DNA from: Mycoplasma sp. CAG:877
GTDB lineage: Bacteria; Bacillota_I; Bacilli_A; RF39; UBA660
NCBI GenBank assembly: GCA_000433455.1
Contig: HF992497.1
Location: 5,809 to 69,808 of the forward strand
Length of the DNA stretch: 64,000 nt
Direction of reading: 5' to 3'
Both the position numbers and the translations under genes were made by a program. The number at the start of each line of letters is the position of its first letter. Positions within the stretch are counted from its first letter, which is position 1. This document shows, in pieces, positions 46,289 to 56,660 of this stretch. A model generated the notes under the pieces. That model did not search any database. It was not told where the DNA came from and saw only the letters and a list, made by a program, of their open reading frames with translations.

Positions 46289-46873
46289 TTACAAACTACA
46301 TTTAATTATAAAAAATCCTTTACTCTTTTCCAATATATCAACATTGTATATTTTCTTTAAGTCGATAATTAGCGATTTTGCGCCCTGCTCCTTACGAATA
46401 ACTAAGAAGAGTTTTCCATCTTCTTCTAAGTGATTCTTTGCATTCATCACTATATCATAGACTATTTTTTTACCAGCCCTTATCGGAGGATTAGTAACTA
46501 TAGTAGAGTACTTTGATTTAACATTTTCATAAACATTACTTTCAAAGACATCTACATTAGAAACGCCATTCTCCTTTGCGTTTCTAACAGCTAGATGCAT
46601 AGCACGTAAGTTAACATCTACCATATCAACATGTGCTCCAGTAAGTTTACTTATAACAATACCAAAAACTCCATAACCGCAACCCATATCAAGAATTTTG
46701 CCTCCAACCTCTTCAAGCGGGATTGTCTCAAGAAGAAGTCTACTGCCAAAATCCAAACCGTCTTTTGAAAAAACACCATTATCAGTTAAAAATGTAAACT
46801 TGTGTCCTAGTACAAAACATTCAGTCTTTCGAACATTACTAGGTAATTTCTCGTTAGTAAAATATTGTCCCAT
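46289..46873 (-). CDS. Class I SAM-dependent methyltransferase (YbxB/RsmC small-domain type)
   Basis: 'ILDMGCGYGVFG' (motif I) and 'VTNPPI' (NPPY-like). Same position as B. subtilis ybxB between rplL and rpoB. Start corrected to MGQYFTNEK. Confidence 0.7.
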   Translation of the reverse strand: MGQYFTNEKLPSNVRKTECFVLGHKFTFLTDNGVFSKDGLDFGSRLLLETIPLEEVGGKILDMGCGYGVFGIVISKLTGAHVDMVDVNLRAMHLAVRNAKENGVSNVDVFESNVYENVKSKYSTIVTNPPIRAGKKIVYDIVMNAKNHLEEDGKLFLVIRKEQGAKSLIIDLKKIYNVDILEKSKGFFIIKCSL

Positions 46874-46980
46874 TTTTAATCTCCTTAAAAAAAGAAAGAA
46901 GAAAACCATTATAAAAATATCAGTTTTCTTCCTTTCGAAACATATATTACAACAAAACAAAATATATGTCAAACATTTTT

Positions 46981-47033
46981 TTGTTTTTTTTACGAAATTT
47001 TACAAAAAAAGAGAAGTTAATTATTTAACTTCT
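46981..47033 (-). terminator. Intrinsic terminator/attenuator at the rplL 3' end, overlapping its stop codon
   Basis: Stem AGAAGTTAA / TTAACTTCT with loop TAT, then on the transcript UUUUUUUGUAAAAUUUCGUAAAAAAAAC. Confidence 0.5.
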
Positions 47034-47389
47034 ACAGTAGCTCCAGCTTCTTCTAACTTAGCTTTAATTTCATCAGCTTCAGCTTTAGCAATGTTTTCTT
47101 TAACAACACCGTTTGAATCAACGATATCTTTAGACTCTTTTAATCCTAAACCAGTAATTTCTTTAACAACTTTAATAACTGCAACTTTAGCAGCACCAGC
47201 ATCAGCTATTGAAACAGTAACTGTACTTGGTCCTTCATCAGCAGTAGCTCCAGCAGCTGGTGCAGCAACAGCAACAGCACTTGGATCTACACCAAATTCT
47301 TCTTTCATTGCATCTACTAATTCCTTAATTTCTAATAAATTCATTTCTTTTAAACTACTGATAAATTCGTCTCTTGTTAATTTAGCCAT
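47021..47389 (-). CDS. rplL: 50S ribosomal protein L7/L12
   Basis: Ala-rich hinge and conserved C-terminal domain '...EAGATVEVK'. Confidence 0.95.
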   Translation of the reverse strand: MAKLTRDEFISSLKEMNLLEIKELVDAMKEEFGVDPSAVAVAAPAAGATADEGPSTVTVSIADAGAAKVAVIKVVKEITGLGLKESKDIVDSNGVVKENIAKAEADEIKAKLEEAGATVEVK

Positions 47390-47427
47390 TTTCCTATTCC
47401 TCCTATAATTATATTTTAATTTTTAAA

Positions 47428-47919
47428 TTAATCTTCTTTTTGTTGACTATATAAGTCTAAGCAGATTGATAAGTCTCTTGCGATACCCATCATACCACCA
47501 GCAAGCATAGTAAGTAGACCTTCTCTTGATGGTATAGTAGCATATTCTGCTAACTTAGCTTGATCAGCTTTCTCTCCATCTACAATCCCTACTTTTAAAA
47601 CTAATGCTGGATGACTTTTAGCAAAATCAGATAAAATCTTAATTGGTGCTATTTGATCAGTACCAAATGCAAAAGCACTAGGTCCATTTAAAGAATCATT
47701 TAAGTCTATGCCTAATTCATTAAAAGCACGAGCCATTAAAGTATTCTTATAAACTTTGTAATCAGAATCAGATTCTCTTAATTTGATACGTAATTCTTTA
47801 GCTTCACTATCAGTCATACCACGATAATCGAATAAAACGATAGTAGTTGCACCTTGAACACGATCTTTAATCTCATCAATTACACCTTGTTTTTGCTTTA
47901 AGATTGCTTCACTTGCCAT
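47428..47919 (-). CDS. rplJ: 50S ribosomal protein L10
   Basis: Typical L10 sequence. Start corrected to MASEAILKQKQ. Confidence 0.9.
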   Translation of the reverse strand: MASEAILKQKQGVIDEIKDRVQGATTIVLFDYRGMTDSEAKELRIKLRESDSDYKVYKNTLMARAFNELGIDLNDSLNGPSAFAFGTDQIAPIKILSDFAKSHPALVLKVGIVDGEKADQAKLAEYATIPSREGLLTMLAGGMMGIARDLSICLDLYSQQKED

Positions 47920-47934
47920 AAAACACCTCCTCAT

Positions 47935-48075
47935 TATTTATGTAAGGATGCCATAAAAAAGTTTCTTAAACATAGACATCCAAGAAACTTTTCATACTAA
48001 TTAAAGTCCTCGGTAGGATTTACATCAACACCTACTGTCTATGGCACCAACAAATTGTCTTTATTATAACTTATT
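47935..48075 (-). promoter_or_regulatory. rplJ leader region, candidate L10(L12)4 autoregulatory leader
   Basis: 141-nt untranslated gap between rplA and rplJ with a strong hairpin AAGTTTCTT...AAGAAACTT (about 47958-47990). The position is conserved for the L10 leader in Firmicutes. Confidence 0.4.
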
Positions 48076-48080
48076 AAATC

Positions 48081-48776
48081 CTATTTGTCAAAGTTATTTT
48101 CAACTTTAATTCCAGGACCCATTGTAGAAGCTACAGAAATGTTCTTAACATAATCACCTTTAACTGTTGCAGGTCTTAATTTAATTATGTGTGTAACAAA
48201 TGCATCTAAGTTAGCAAGTAAATCTTCATCTGAGAAAGATACTTTACCAATAATACCATGAATATTACCATAACTATCAGTTCTATATTCAACACGTCCA
48301 GCTTTAACTTCTTCAACAGCTTTAGTAACGTCCATAGTAACTGTACCAGTCTTAGGGTTTGGCATTAAACCTTTAGGTCCTAAAACCTTACCTAATTTAC
48401 CAAGTAATGGCATCATATCAGGTGTAGCAATCATAGTATCAAAATCAAACCAGTTTTCTTTTTCGATCTTTTCAAGCATATCTACATCACCAACATAGTC
48501 AGCTCCTGCTTCTCTTGCTTGATTAGCCTTATCACCTTTAGCAATTACTAATACTTTCTTAGTCTTACCAGTTCCTTTAGGAAGTACGATTGCACCTCTT
48601 AATTGTTGATCTGCTTTTTTAGTATCAAGATTTAATCTCATAGCAACTTCAACAGATCCATCAAATGAACTAGTAGATGTTTCTTTAACTAACTTAATAG
48701 CTTCTTCTTTAGTGTATACTTTATTCTTTTCTATTTTTGAAAGAGCTTCAGTATATTTCTTACTTCTTCTTTTCAT
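48081..48776 (-). CDS. rplA: 50S ribosomal protein L1
   Basis: Typical L1 sequence. Confidence 0.95.
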   Translation of the reverse strand: MKRRSKKYTEALSKIEKNKVYTKEEAIKLVKETSTSSFDGSVEVAMRLNLDTKKADQQLRGAIVLPKGTGKTKKVLVIAKGDKANQAREAGADYVGDVDMLEKIEKENWFDFDTMIATPDMMPLLGKLGKVLGPKGLMPNPKTGTVTMDVTKAVEEVKAGRVEYRTDSYGNIHGIIGKVSFSDEDLLANLDAFVTHIIKLRPATVKGDYVKNISVASTMGPGIKVENNFDK

Positions 48777-48864
48777 TTTCTTTCCTCCTTATGTGGTAAA
48801 AGCGGATTTATTTATTATCTAATTCCTTCCACATAGGTTAAACCTATATGATTAATTACTAGAA

Positions 48865-49296
48865 TTACTCTTGACCTTCAATAGCAATTCCCATGTTTTT
48901 AGCTGTACCAGCTACAATCTTCATAGCTTCTTCAACTGAATATGCATTTAAGTCTGGTAACTTAATTTCTGCTATTTCTCTTAATTGAGCTTCAGTAATA
49001 GTACCAACAACTTCTTTTGAAGCCTTAACAGCTCCCTTATTAACCTTTGCATATTTCTTTAATAAGAAACTAGCTGGTGGAGTTTTAATTACAAAATCAA
49101 AACTTCTATCATCATAAACAGAAATTTCTACTGGTAAAATGTCACCCATTTTTTCTCTTGTAGCGTCATTATACTTAGTACAAAAATCTTGAAGATTGAT
49201 TCCTGCTGGACCTAAAACAGTTCCTACTGGTGGAGCTGGTGTAGCTTTTCCTGCTGGAATTTGTAATTTTATTTTTCTTATTGCTTCCTTTGCCAC
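48865..49296 (-). CDS. rplK: 50S ribosomal protein L11
   Basis: 'PAGKATPAPPVG(P)ALG'. GTG start at 49296 lies 9 nt from an AGGAGG SD. The track start at 49305 is too close to the SD. Confidence 0.95.
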   Translation of the reverse strand: MAKEAIRKIKLQIPAGKATPAPPVGTVLGPAGINLQDFCTKYNDATREKMGDILPVEISVYDDRSFDFVIKTPPASFLLKKYAKVNKGAVKASKEVVGTITEAQLREIAEIKLPDLNAYSVEEAMKIVAGTAKNMGIAIEGQE

Positions 49297-49449
49297 GAAA
49301 AACACCTCCTATAAATTTTTAGTTTTCGCGAGTGGTCCAAATAGCTTGATTCCCGCTTAATAAATGCAAACCATGCTTCCCACTAAATCTATATTAAATT
49401 AAATATAGCCCCTAAATAATAACACAAAGTCTTATATATTTCAAGCACT

Positions 49450-49983
49450 TTATGCTTTTTCTATTTGACCTAACTCAACTTCAACAGAAGTTTCTTGTCC
49501 AAACAAATCAACAAGTAACATAACTTTTTGAGTTTGAAGGTCAACCGAATCAACTTTACCAAACATACCATTGAAAGGTCCAGCTATAATCTTAACCTTA
49601 GTACCTTCAGTAAGTTCTTTATCAACATCAAGTCTACTAATACCCATATTACCTAATATTTTATCAACTTCATAAGGTTGTAATGGTGTAGGTTTAGCAC
49701 CTTTACCAGATGATCCAATGAAACCAGTAACACCAGGAGTATTACGTACAACATACCAAGCTTCATCTGTCATAACCATTTCAACTAATATATAACCAGG
49801 AAACATCTTCTTAACTTTTTCCTTAGTTACACCATCTTTAACTTCTACAACTTTCTCTTCTGGAATTACAACTCTAAAAATATAATCTTGCATATCCATA
49901 GATTCAGCACGCATCTCAAGTTTTTCTTTTACTTTATTCTCATGACCAGAATAAGTATTAACTACATACCATTGTTTATCCAT
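49450..49983 (-). CDS. nusG: Transcription termination/antitermination factor NusG
   Basis: 'WYVV.TYSGHENKV' N-terminal domain and C-terminal KOW domain. Confidence 0.9.
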   Translation of the reverse strand: MDKQWYVVNTYSGHENKVKEKLEMRAESMDMQDYIFRVVIPEEKVVEVKDGVTKEKVKKMFPGYILVEMVMTDEAWYVVRNTPGVTGFIGSSGKGAKPTPLQPYEVDKILGNMGISRLDVDKELTEGTKVKIIAGPFNGMFGKVDSVDLQTQKVMLLVDLFGQETSVEVELGQIEKA

Positions 49984-49992
49984 AATTACCTC

Positions 49993-50292
49993 CTACTTTA
50001 CTAATGATTGAATTAGAGCAAAAATAACTTCAATTAAATAAAAGAACAACGAACAAAAAACAATAAATACAATAGTTGCAATAGAATATTTAACCATTTC
50101 TTTTTTACTTGGCCAGTGAACTCTAGAAGTTTCACTCTTAACACCATGACAAAATATTCTAAATCTTACCCAAAGACTTTGTTTCTTCTTAGAATCTTTC
50201 TTATTTGTAGATTTAACTTCTTTTTTATTCTTTTTTTCAACTGCATTATTCTTAATAGACTTATCTTTTTCTTTTACAGCCATATCTATCAT
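49993..50292 (-). CDS. secE: Preprotein translocase subunit SecE, with a Lys-rich N-terminal extension
   Basis: 'ETSRVHWPSKKEMV' followed by a single TM helix. Confidence 0.75.
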   Translation of the reverse strand: MIDMAVKEKDKSIKNNAVEKKNKKEVKSTNKKDSKKKQSLWVRFRIFCHGVKSETSRVHWPSKKEMVKYSIATIVFIVFCSLFFYLIEVIFALIQSLVK

Positions 50293-50378
50293 TCTCCTTA
50301 GATAATTTTTTCAAAATAAAAACACTTCCGAGTGCTCACCATTAAAATAGCACAAACACCTAGAAATGTCAAACAAAA

Positions 50379-51131
50379 TCACGAAAAACTCATAATTAAC
50401 ATAAATAATAAACCTAAAACAGCAATAATGAATGGTATTGCAACCAAACTAATATAAGCAGAATTATTAATACCATTTAAATCTCTATATATTGAATCAT
50501 TAATTTTCTTATTAGTAGTATCATTACCAACCAAACTATGTCCATTTGATTTAACTAAAGAAACTCCCTTACCAGCTCCACCTACTTCATTTAACTCAGC
50601 TTCAAATCCTTCTAAGTCTCTCTTACTCTTTTCAGCAACATAATCACTAAAATAAACAGCAGCTCGTCTTTCAACAACACCTTTATAGTAAGGAATGTCT
50701 CCCTCAGGCAAAAACATTTCAAAACGTTCAAAATTCTCTTTCAAAAAAGATGGATTCAAATTATTTAAACAATTCGCATAAATTCCAATTTGAAGTAAAG
50801 CTGAACGACCTATATCATCTCTAACATATTCTTTATTAACAACAGCACTTCCAACAGGAATATGTCCCAAATCCATAAATCTAATTTGATTAAGTGAACC
50901 ATTTAAAATCTCAATATTGTTAGGATTAAAAGAATCAATACAAAATCCCTTTTCATGTAAATATTTCATAGCCTTATCCATATTGACAAAAAGAGTATGA
51001 ATCTCCTCTGAACTATATCCACTAGAAAGCCATTCAGCAAGAGTAATATTATTATCAGAAAATGAATTAAACTTATTTTCAATCATCATACTCACCCTAC
51101 TATAATTGTAAAACAAAAGAATAGAAAACAC
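50379..51131 (-). CDS. Membrane-anchored protein with a degenerate protein-kinase-like C-lobe (pseudokinase-like), coupled to the SigH-like gene
   Basis: 'MKYLHEKGFCIDSFNPNNIEIL' mimics the kinase catalytic loop YLHxxGIIHRDLKPxNIL with HRD replaced by IDS. 'IRFMDLG' is DFG-like. No Gly-loop or VAIK N-lobe. C-terminal TM helix. Starts 6 nt after the sigma-factor stop. Confidence 0.4.
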   Translation of the reverse strand: MFSILLFYNYSRVSMMIENKFNSFSDNNITLAEWLSSGYSSEEIHTLFVNMDKAMKYLHEKGFCIDSFNPNNIEILNGSLNQIRFMDLGHIPVGSAVVNKEYVRDDIGRSALLQIGIYANCLNNLNPSFLKENFERFEMFLPEGDIPYYKGVVERRAAVYFSDYVAEKSKRDLEGFEAELNEVGGAGKGVSLVKSNGHSLVGNDTTNKKINDSIYRDLNGINNSAYISLVAIPFIIAVLGLLFMLIMSFS

Positions 51132-51136
51132 AAATA

Positions 51137-51718
51137 CTAAAAAGCATTTTTTATTTTATTCTGTAAAGTTTTTCTAATTTTATATAATCTTCCATCAATA
51201 ATAGTAATAGGAATATCTAAAAGACTACTAATCTCTTTATAACTAAAACCATTATACCTAAGTTCAAAAATACAACTTTCATTAAGTTTAAATAAGTTTT
51301 TAAAATAAATGAATTCATCCTCTAAACATCTCTCATCAAAGTAAAACTCTGGCGTCTTCTCATCACAAACACCATACAAAGAATCATCTAACAAGGCACT
51401 ATTTAAAACATAATGTTTAGAAGAATTCATCAGTCTACAATAAGATACTATTCTTCTCTCTACACAAACACTTGCAAAAGTATAAAATAATGGTCCATTT
51501 TTTTCATTATACCTATTAATCGCCACGTTCAAAGCAATTAATCCCTCTTGTACCAAATCATCATATTCAATTCTAGCAAGCTTAGCATACGCTAAATAAT
51601 TAGAAGCTATCTTTTTAACTATTGGAATATATTTATTAAATATAATCTCCCTAGCATCATCATCATTTTCCTTAACCATATAAACAACTTCATAATCATT
51701 TAAATCTTTATAATCCAT
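51137..51718 (-). CDS. sigH: Sigma-70 family sigma factor, SigH-like
   Basis: 'DLVQEGLIALNVAINRYNEKNGPLFYTFASVCVERRI' aligns by eye with B. subtilis SigH region 2. C-terminal HTH 'SYKEISSLLDIPITIIDGRLYKIRKTLQ'. Synteny cysS-mrnC-rlmB-sigH matches Bacillus. Confidence 0.7.
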   Translation of the reverse strand: MDYKDLNDYEVVYMVKENDDDAREIIFNKYIPIVKKIASNYLAYAKLARIEYDDLVQEGLIALNVAINRYNEKNGPLFYTFASVCVERRIVSYCRLMNSSKHYVLNSALLDDSLYGVCDEKTPEFYFDERCLEDEFIYFKNLFKLNESCIFELRYNGFSYKEISSLLDIPITIIDGRLYKIRKTLQNKIKNAF

Positions 51719-51724
51719 AAATAC

Positions 51725-52423
51725 CTACTTTCTATTACGGATTACCTCATATATCATAATTCCAGCTGCTACAGATGCATTTAAACTATTAGTAGTACCA
51801 TACATTGGTATTTTAGCAATAAAATCACATGATTTTTTTACCAAATTAGACATCCCAAAATTTTCATTACCTATGACTAATGCAATCTTAGAAGAATAAT
51901 CAATACTCCTATAGTCAACACTATCCTCAAGTGCCGTTCCAACTACCCAAAAACCATTCTTCTTTAATTCAGAAATAGTATTGTTCAAATTAGAAACAGT
52001 AACAATATTAACATTTTCTAAAGTACCAACACTAGTCTTCATAACAGTAGCGTTAACTTGTACTTGTCTATCTCTAGGCATAATAATTGCATCTACTCCA
52101 GCAGCTTCACAAGTCCTAACAATAGCTCCCAAATTATGTGGATCCTCAATATGATCTAATAATACAAAAAATGAAGCATATTCTGTTAAAACATCATCTA
52201 AATCTTTATACTTGTAATCCGGAATAAATAAGATTATACCTTGATGTACACCATTAGCCAAATCATCAATTTCTCTTTTTGACTTATATTGAACCGGTAT
52301 TTTCTTTAAATCAATAAGAGCTTTTATCTCTTTATCACTAAAACCATCTTGTAAAATAATTTTTTGAACTTTTTTATTATTTTCTAATAATTCCTTCGCA
52401 ACATTTCTACCATATACTAACAT
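51725..52423 (-). CDS. rlmB: 23S rRNA (guanosine-2'-O)-methyltransferase, SpoU/TrmH family (RlmB-like)
   Basis: SpoU motifs 'LDHIEDPHNLGAIVRT' and 'LVIGNENFGMS'. Confidence 0.8.
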   Translation of the reverse strand: MLVYGRNVAKELLENNKKVQKIILQDGFSDKEIKALIDLKKIPVQYKSKREIDDLANGVHQGIILFIPDYKYKDLDDVLTEYASFFVLLDHIEDPHNLGAIVRTCEAAGVDAIIMPRDRQVQVNATVMKTSVGTLENVNIVTVSNLNNTISELKKNGFWVVGTALEDSVDYRSIDYSSKIALVIGNENFGMSNLVKKSCDFIAKIPMYGTTNSLNASVAAGIMIYEVIRNRK

Positions 52424-52426
52424 CTC

Positions 52427-52801
52427 TTAATCACCCAATATAAACTTCATAATCTCGTCTATTCTTTCCTTCTTATTTTCTAACTCTAAATACCCAATAA
52501 CAGCTTCCAATCCAGTAGCAAATTTATATGTAATAATATCACAACTCTTAGGATGAGAAGTAGTTTTATAATTTCTGGCTCTCTTAAAAACATCAATCTC
52601 TTCATCAGTTAAAAAGTCATTATCAATCATCCTAGTCACAAGCTTAGCCTGACTACTAGCACTAACAAAAGAAACAGCTTCTTTCTGTAAATCATTAACA
52701 TTACCAATTCCAGACTTTATTAAATATTTTCTTACATAATTCTCATAAATTGTATCCCCTAAATAAGCAAGTACCAATACATTAATCTCTTTAGTAGACA
52801 T
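52427..52801 (-). CDS. mrnC: Mini-ribonuclease 3
   Basis: 'LAYLGDTIYENYVR' RNase III signature in a ~125 aa protein. Start corrected to MSTKEINV. Confidence 0.75.
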   Translation of the reverse strand: MSTKEINVLVLAYLGDTIYENYVRKYLIKSGIGNVNDLQKEAVSFVSASSQAKLVTRMIDNDFLTDEEIDVFKRARNYKTTSHPKSCDIITYKFATGLEAVIGYLELENKKERIDEIMKFILGD

Positions 52802-52876
52802 AAAATCACTTCCTACAACAATTATAAAATAAATATCTACACAAAACAATGTGTAGATATAAATAACTAAATATAA

Positions 52877-54268
52877 TTAAATTACTTCGTAAGTTGTTCC
52901 CTCTCTAGTATCAATTAAACGAATACCCTTCTCTAACAACTCATCTCTAATCTTATCAGCTGCAGCAAAATCTTTATTTTTCTTAGCTTCATTACGCAAC
53001 TTAATCTGTTCATTAATCATTTCTTCATCCTGACTAATTTCTTTTTTTTCTTCTTTAAATAAGTCAAGTGATAATACTTCATCAAACTTAGAAATAATCT
53101 CTCTCTTAGTACCATCATTTAATGACTCATCTTTTAAAACATCATAAACTAAAGTAACCATATTAGAAGTATTTAAATCATTCTCAATACAACTCCCAAA
53201 CTTCTTAACATACATATCGTATTTTTCACTATTTACTTCTCCAGTACCTAACTTAGATACACGACTCTTTAGTTTTAAATAAGCATTCTCCGCACCATCT
53301 AATATATCATAACTAAATACTAATTGATTATGATAATAAGAGTTTAAGCATAAATAACGGTAACTCAAAGGATTATAGCCTTTACTTTCTAGTAGAGAAA
53401 CAGTTAAGAATTCTCCTTTAGATTTACTCATTTTACCACTTTTATCATTTAAAAATCCCATATGAACCCAATAATTACACCACTTATGTCCTAAATAAGC
53501 TTCACTTTGAGCAATCTCATTAGTATGATGTGGGAATATCGCATCTTCTGCTCCACAGTGAATATCTAGTCTTTCTCCTAAATTACGAATTGAAATACCA
53601 GAACATTCAATATGCCAACCAGGATATCCTCTACCCCATGGTGAATCCCATTGTAATTCTTGATTATCAAACTTAGAATTGGTAAACCACAATCCAAAAT
53701 CAAACGGATTCTTTTTAGCATCATCTACTTCTATATCATTTCTAACTGCAACCATTAAATCTTCGCTATTGCGACCAGATAGTTCATAATAATTAGGAAA
53801 TTTAGAAGTATCATAATATACATTACCATCAGAAATATAAGCATATCCATCTTCTAATAGTTTTGTAATCATTTTAATATACATATCAATATTATCAGTA
53901 GCATTAGATACTACATCAGGCTTTCTAATATTTAATTTACAACAATCATCAAAAAAGCAATCAGTATAAAATTTAGCTATTTCCAAAGAAGACTTATGTT
54001 CTCTTTTAGCAGCAACCATCATCTTATCTTCCCCATCATCACCATCACCAACTAAATGACCAACATCAGTAATGTTCATTACTCTCTCTACTTTATAGCC
54101 AATAAATTTTAAACCTTTCTCTAAAATATCCTCAGAAATATAAGTACGTAAATTACCTATATGTGCATAATTGTACACTGTAGGACCACAAGTATACATC
54201 TTAACCTTACCCTCTTCATTAGGAATAAATTTCTGAACTTTTTTTGACAATGTGTTATATAATTTCAT
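52877..54268 (-). CDS. cysS: Cysteine--tRNA ligase
   Basis: HIGN ('YNYAHIGNLRTY') and KMSKS ('KMSKSKGEF') class I motifs. Confidence 0.92.
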   Translation of the reverse strand: MKLYNTLSKKVQKFIPNEEGKVKMYTCGPTVYNYAHIGNLRTYISEDILEKGLKFIGYKVERVMNITDVGHLVGDGDDGEDKMMVAAKREHKSSLEIAKFYTDCFFDDCCKLNIRKPDVVSNATDNIDMYIKMITKLLEDGYAYISDGNVYYDTSKFPNYYELSGRNSEDLMVAVRNDIEVDDAKKNPFDFGLWFTNSKFDNQELQWDSPWGRGYPGWHIECSGISIRNLGERLDIHCGAEDAIFPHHTNEIAQSEAYLGHKWCNYWVHMGFLNDKSGKMSKSKGEFLTVSLLESKGYNPLSYRYLCLNSYYHNQLVFSYDILDGAENAYLKLKSRVSKLGTGEVNSEKYDMYVKKFGSCIENDLNTSNMVTLVYDVLKDESLNDGTKREIISKFDEVLSLDLFKEEKKEISQDEEMINEQIKLRNEAKKNKDFAAADKIRDELLEKGIRLIDTREGTTYEVI

Positions 54269-54316
54269 TTTTTCACCTCGTGACGTAAGTATATCATAAT
54301 AATTATAAAAAATAAA

Positions 54317-56542
54317 CTAACGATTATTTATTTTATTACCCAACTCTTCTCTTAAAACTTTTGAAACATGTCTTGCTCCAAATTCTTTATAATTACTCCT
54401 TTCTTTAATTCTATTCAAAAATTCCAAACTAAGTTCACTTTTTAGAAAACCAACACCAAGAGCCTGCTCTTTTATTATTTTATTAATAGTTTTATCATCT
54501 ATCTCTTCAAAATATATAAATTTATCCACTCTATTAACAAATTCTACTCCTAAAAAATCCTTAAATTTATCTACTATAACATCATTAGTATTAGAAAAAC
54601 CAATACTATTAATATCTGTACCTAGATTAGATGTCATAAAAATAACAGTATTACTAAAGTCAATAACTTCTCCTAAAGAATCAGTCATAAAACCATCATC
54701 AAATACTTGTAAAAATAATTTCAAAACATCAGGATGAGCTTTTTCTATCTCATCAATTAAAATCACTGAGTATGGATTATTCTTTATTTTATTCAAAAGA
54801 TAATTATTTTCACTATATCCAACATAACCTGGAGGAGAACCAATTATTTTACTAATTGTATGTCTTTCTCTATATTCACTCATATCTATTCTAATAAATG
54901 CTTCCCTACTATAGAGCATCTTAGCATACTCTTTTACTAAAAATGTTTTTCCTACTCCAGTTTTACCAACCAAAAGTAGTGAATATGGCACTTTTTTAGG
55001 AACTTTAGACATAATTGTTAAATCTACAATTTCTTTAATTGCCTTATCTTGTCCAATAACCTTCTTTCGTAAACTATTATAAATTGCTTCTCCATCTAGC
55101 TTTAATATCTTCTTAACTGGAATCTTCGTCTTAGCAAAAATAACATCATAAACAGTATCCTCACTAATACTCTTAACTAGATTATCACAACTACATTTCA
55201 AAAACTTCTTATTAAAAGTACTCTCTAACTCTAATTGCCTATTTTTTAGTTCTGTTGCTAACTTATAATCATGATCAATAATAGCTTTATTTTTATTAGT
55301 TTTAACATCATTAATTTCCATTAATAAATGTTTACTCTTCTTTTCTAAATTACTATCAATAATAGACGTCTTACAACAAGCCTCATCCAAAACATCAATA
55401 GCTTTATCTGGAAACTTACCAATACTAACATACCTCTCAGTCAAATTAACTATAAGTTTAATTATCTCATCACTAATCTTAACTCCATGATAATTCTCAT
55501 ACAATTCTCTAAGTCCAAATAAAATATTTTCTGTTTCACTAGCACTAGCTTCTTCAATATATATCTTTTGAAATCTTCTATCTAATGCCTTATCCTTCTC
55601 TAAATACTTTTTATACTCATCACTAGTAGTTGCTCCAATAACCCTAATTTTACCTCTAGCCAAATAAGGTTTTAGTATATTAGAAGCATCAATTGCTCCT
55701 TCTGCTCCACCAGCACCAACTAAAGTATGTATTTCATCTATAAATAGTATTACATTAGGTTCTCTTTCTACTTCACTAATAATCTTGTTAATTCTCTCTT
55801 CAAATTCCCCTCTATACTTAGTACCAGATATTAAACAAGACATAGATATACTAAAAACTCTATTATTTTCAAGTTTCTTTGGTACTCTACCATTAACTAT
55901 TCTACGCACTAATTCTTCTACTATTGCTGTTTTTCCTACTCCAGCTTCTCCTATAAGTAATGGATTATTCTTAGTTCTTCTTAATAAAACTTCTATCAAT
56001 CTATCAACTTTATCATCTCTACCAACTACTGGATCAAAACCATCTTCTATATATTTCTTATTCAAGTCAACAGCAAACTCTTCTATATATAAATTCTTAC
56101 TTCTCTTACTAGAATGAACAATTATTTTATCTGAAAACTTCTCATACAATACATCTACATCTATATTCATACCCATCAATATTCTATTCGCAACTCCATC
56201 ACCCTCTTCTAAAAGAGAAATAAATAATCTTTCCACAGTAACTGTGGATTCTTCGTCTCTACACTCCAATATCGCATTTTCGATTATTCTTTTTAAAAGA
56301 GGTGTATATAAAAACCAATTATTAGAAGTTTTACCTATCCCAATAACCTTAATTATTTCATCCTTATACTTTTTATATGTTATTCCATACTCTTCCAATA
56401 ACTGCGTAATAACTAAATCTTTATTATGTAAAATAGCAAGAAGTAAATGTTCACTTCCAACATATGGATGTTTTAACTCCAACATCTCTTTTTTTGCCAT
56501 TAATAATATTTTTTGTGCATCTTCTGAAAATTTAGAAAACAA
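54317..56542 (-). CDS. clpC: Clp/Hsp100 ATPase (ClpC-like) with two AAA+ modules
   Basis: Clp_N repeats and two Walker A motifs, 'GEAGVGKTA' and 'GKTGVGKT'. Shorter than canonical ClpC, with a reduced middle domain. Confidence 0.8.
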   Translation of the reverse strand: MFSKFSEDAQKILLMAKKEMLELKHPYVGSEHLLLAILHNKDLVITQLLEEYGITYKKYKDEIIKVIGIGKTSNNWFLYTPLLKRIIENAILECRDEESTVTVERLFISLLEEGDGVANRILMGMNIDVDVLYEKFSDKIIVHSSKRSKNLYIEEFAVDLNKKYIEDGFDPVVGRDDKVDRLIEVLLRRTKNNPLLIGEAGVGKTAIVEELVRRIVNGRVPKKLENNRVFSISMSCLISGTKYRGEFEERINKIISEVEREPNVILFIDEIHTLVGAGGAEGAIDASNILKPYLARGKIRVIGATTSDEYKKYLEKDKALDRRFQKIYIEEASASETENILFGLRELYENYHGVKISDEIIKLIVNLTERYVSIGKFPDKAIDVLDEACCKTSIIDSNLEKKSKHLLMEINDVKTNKNKAIIDHDYKLATELKNRQLELESTFNKKFLKCSCDNLVKSISEDTVYDVIFAKTKIPVKKILKLDGEAIYNSLRKKVIGQDKAIKEIVDLTIMSKVPKKVPYSLLLVGKTGVGKTFLVKEYAKMLYSREAFIRIDMSEYRERHTISKIIGSPPGYVGYSENNYLLNKIKNNPYSVILIDEIEKAHPDVLKLFLQVFDDGFMTDSLGEVIDFSNTVIFMTSNLGTDINSIGFSNTNDVIVDKFKDFLGVEFVNRVDKFIYFEEIDDKTINKIIKEQALGVGFLKSELSLEFLNRIKERSNYKEFGARHVSKVLREELGNKINNR

Positions 56543-56660
56543 CTCTTATCATCTCCTTACCCTAATTTTATTTCTAGTATGAGTTTAAAATCAATAAATT
56601 ACGTCCACAAAAAATAGACAAAAAAAGCAAAAAAAAGAGGCCTAAGCCTCCATCAAAATT

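Noticed and set aside
50293-50378. Weak hairpin (AGTGCT...AGCACA) in the secE upstream region as a possible terminator or regulatory element.
   Set aside because: Only 5 of 6 bases pair, there is no U-tract, and the context fits a simple promoter region for secE-nusG.
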